The translations under genes and the position numbers were made by a program. This document shows positions 62,566-64,000 of a DNA stretch of 64,000 nt, piece by piece; position 1 is the first letter of the stretch; each line of letters begins with the position of its first letter. The notes under the pieces were generated by a model. The model was given only the letters and a program-made list of their open reading frames with translations, ran no database searches and was not told where the DNA came from. Origin of the DNA: Chiloscyllium plagiosum (taxonomy: Eukaryota); NCBI RefSeq assembly GCF_004010195.1, contig NC_057755.1:8745685-8809684 (forward strand). The letters run 5' to 3'.

Positions 62566-63473
62566 GCAAATTGAGGTCAGATGTGTATCTTTGTTTGCAC
62601 AGTTTAATAATTCTAGAAAATGGAAATTTTACTCCATTGATTAACTCGTCTGAATTTAATTTGTGTTAGAGTGTATATGCAAGTGCCGGTGCACAAATTC
62701 GCATGAATCCAATTTCTTGAAGAACAAATATTGGATTATTGAACGTATTGTCTTGAAAATTATAGATTATCACTTGCCAGTTGGAAGAGTGTACGATATA
62801 TGTCACCCACAACAGTTTAAAGTTAGCAGACAATGCAAAGACCAAGATGGTTTATTATCTCCGGATTACCACCTCTGGACAAGTATTATTCTGTCCATTT
62901 CCGTGAATCTAGAGGCGACAGTGGATGCGGATAGCTGTTCGAAAATTCCTGACAGTCAGGGCATTGAATACCAAATCAATATAGCTGGAATCAATTGTGC
63001 AATTACGCTGTCAAGCCATTCATGCACATTCCAGAATAATGATGTTTCATAGTCTGATATTATGATGCAAAACCACAGTACACTGTCAAAACAGTTGAAT
63101 ACAAAATGCCAAGTAATTGACCGCAAACACCAGGCCACACACACAGTTACCATCACCACAAATTCAATAGTCATGTTGCGATATCTTGCTCTTCGCTTTT
63201 GGCAAAAAATTGCTGCAAATCAAGCAAACCTGAAAGCAACTGTGGACCAAACTGAACACTCCATGACGGCAAGGAATATGACAACTTTCAAGGCACACAC
63301 AGGAGCGATGAGTAAGAAATTAATAGGGAAATAAAGATTGCTAATTCGGTGCAGTAAGACATTAATGATGGCAAGAAATAGATCTGCTGCAGACATTACC
63401 AACGAATAGCGAGTGGCGTATTTGGACAGCCCGCAATTGCCTCGATACAGGATCACAATTCCTATGACATTAA
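62566..63473 (-). pseudogene. GPR139/GPR142-like GPCR pseudogene, exon 2; exon 1 presumably beyond the window
   Basis: Close paralog of 32886-33814 with homologous flanks; intact acceptor tttacag|TT; TGA within the DRF codons (63220-63222), frameshift in TM5, original stop changed to TGC. Confidence 0.92.
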
Positions 63474-64000
63474 CTGTAAAAAAAATGAAGAAATGGACAC
63501 GTCTTCACGATTAAAGTCACAGTAAAAACATCATATGTTTGCTACAACATTTGTCTGCTAAATCAGACCAAGTGCCTCAGATTAATATATTAACTCAATT
63601 ACACGATGCATAGTGAAAATTTACAATGGAATTATGGACTCAAGCATACTAGAATGAAATAAAAGCATGTTGGGAAGCAATAGACAAGAAAAAAACAATA
63701 AATAAATCAGATTATAACCGTAAATAATGAAATGTTTTCATGCAAGCTTGTCATGCTGAGAGATTCATTGAAATGCTTAAAAGATCTCTCATACTTACAA
63801 AACTGGTAATGGAAGAAAACAACCAAACCAAAATCGTAATAAGGTCAAGGCGTTTCACATCAATGGACATGATCAAGAACTGAGTAAATGAACAATCACA
63901 ACAATAAATATTTTATGGAGTGCTATGATTGGAATTGAGGGCGAAGTTGTTGGACTGGCCTGTCATTGAACTGGATCCTATGCTTCCTCATGCATGTTAG

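Overview
Eukaryotic, repeat-dominated DNA, most likely from a cartilaginous fish (shark). The evidence is HE1/V-SINE-type SINEs, HER1/CR1 LINEs and an elasmobranch-type 33-bp satellite; this is pattern recognition, not a database hit. The only host genes are a minus-strand tandem cluster of two-exon class-A GPCRs of the GPR139/GPR142-like type: one apparently intact gene (exon 1 37445-37376, exon 2 33814-32886, 332 aa after splicing), two pseudogenes (1912-2886 and 62566-63473) and an orphan first exon (47895-47964). The rest is mobile or repeated DNA: many CR1 fragments, two Gmr1-like Gypsy elements (integrase before RT), two decayed Mag-type Gypsy elements in a segmental duplication, a Penelope fragment with a hammerhead-ribozyme-like core, two arrays of a 33-bp doubly palindromic satellite, and SINEs. 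The most unusual structure is at 48724-55689. There a 5'-truncated Tx1-type LINE and four poly(A)-tailed non-coding units are stacked head-to-tail. Every 3' junction falls at the same motif (ACAAACAGGAG or a close variant), at the putative TATA position of a Gypsy LTR, suggesting a retroposon system that targets another retrotransposon's promoter. Repeat boundaries are approximate unless junction sequences are quoted.
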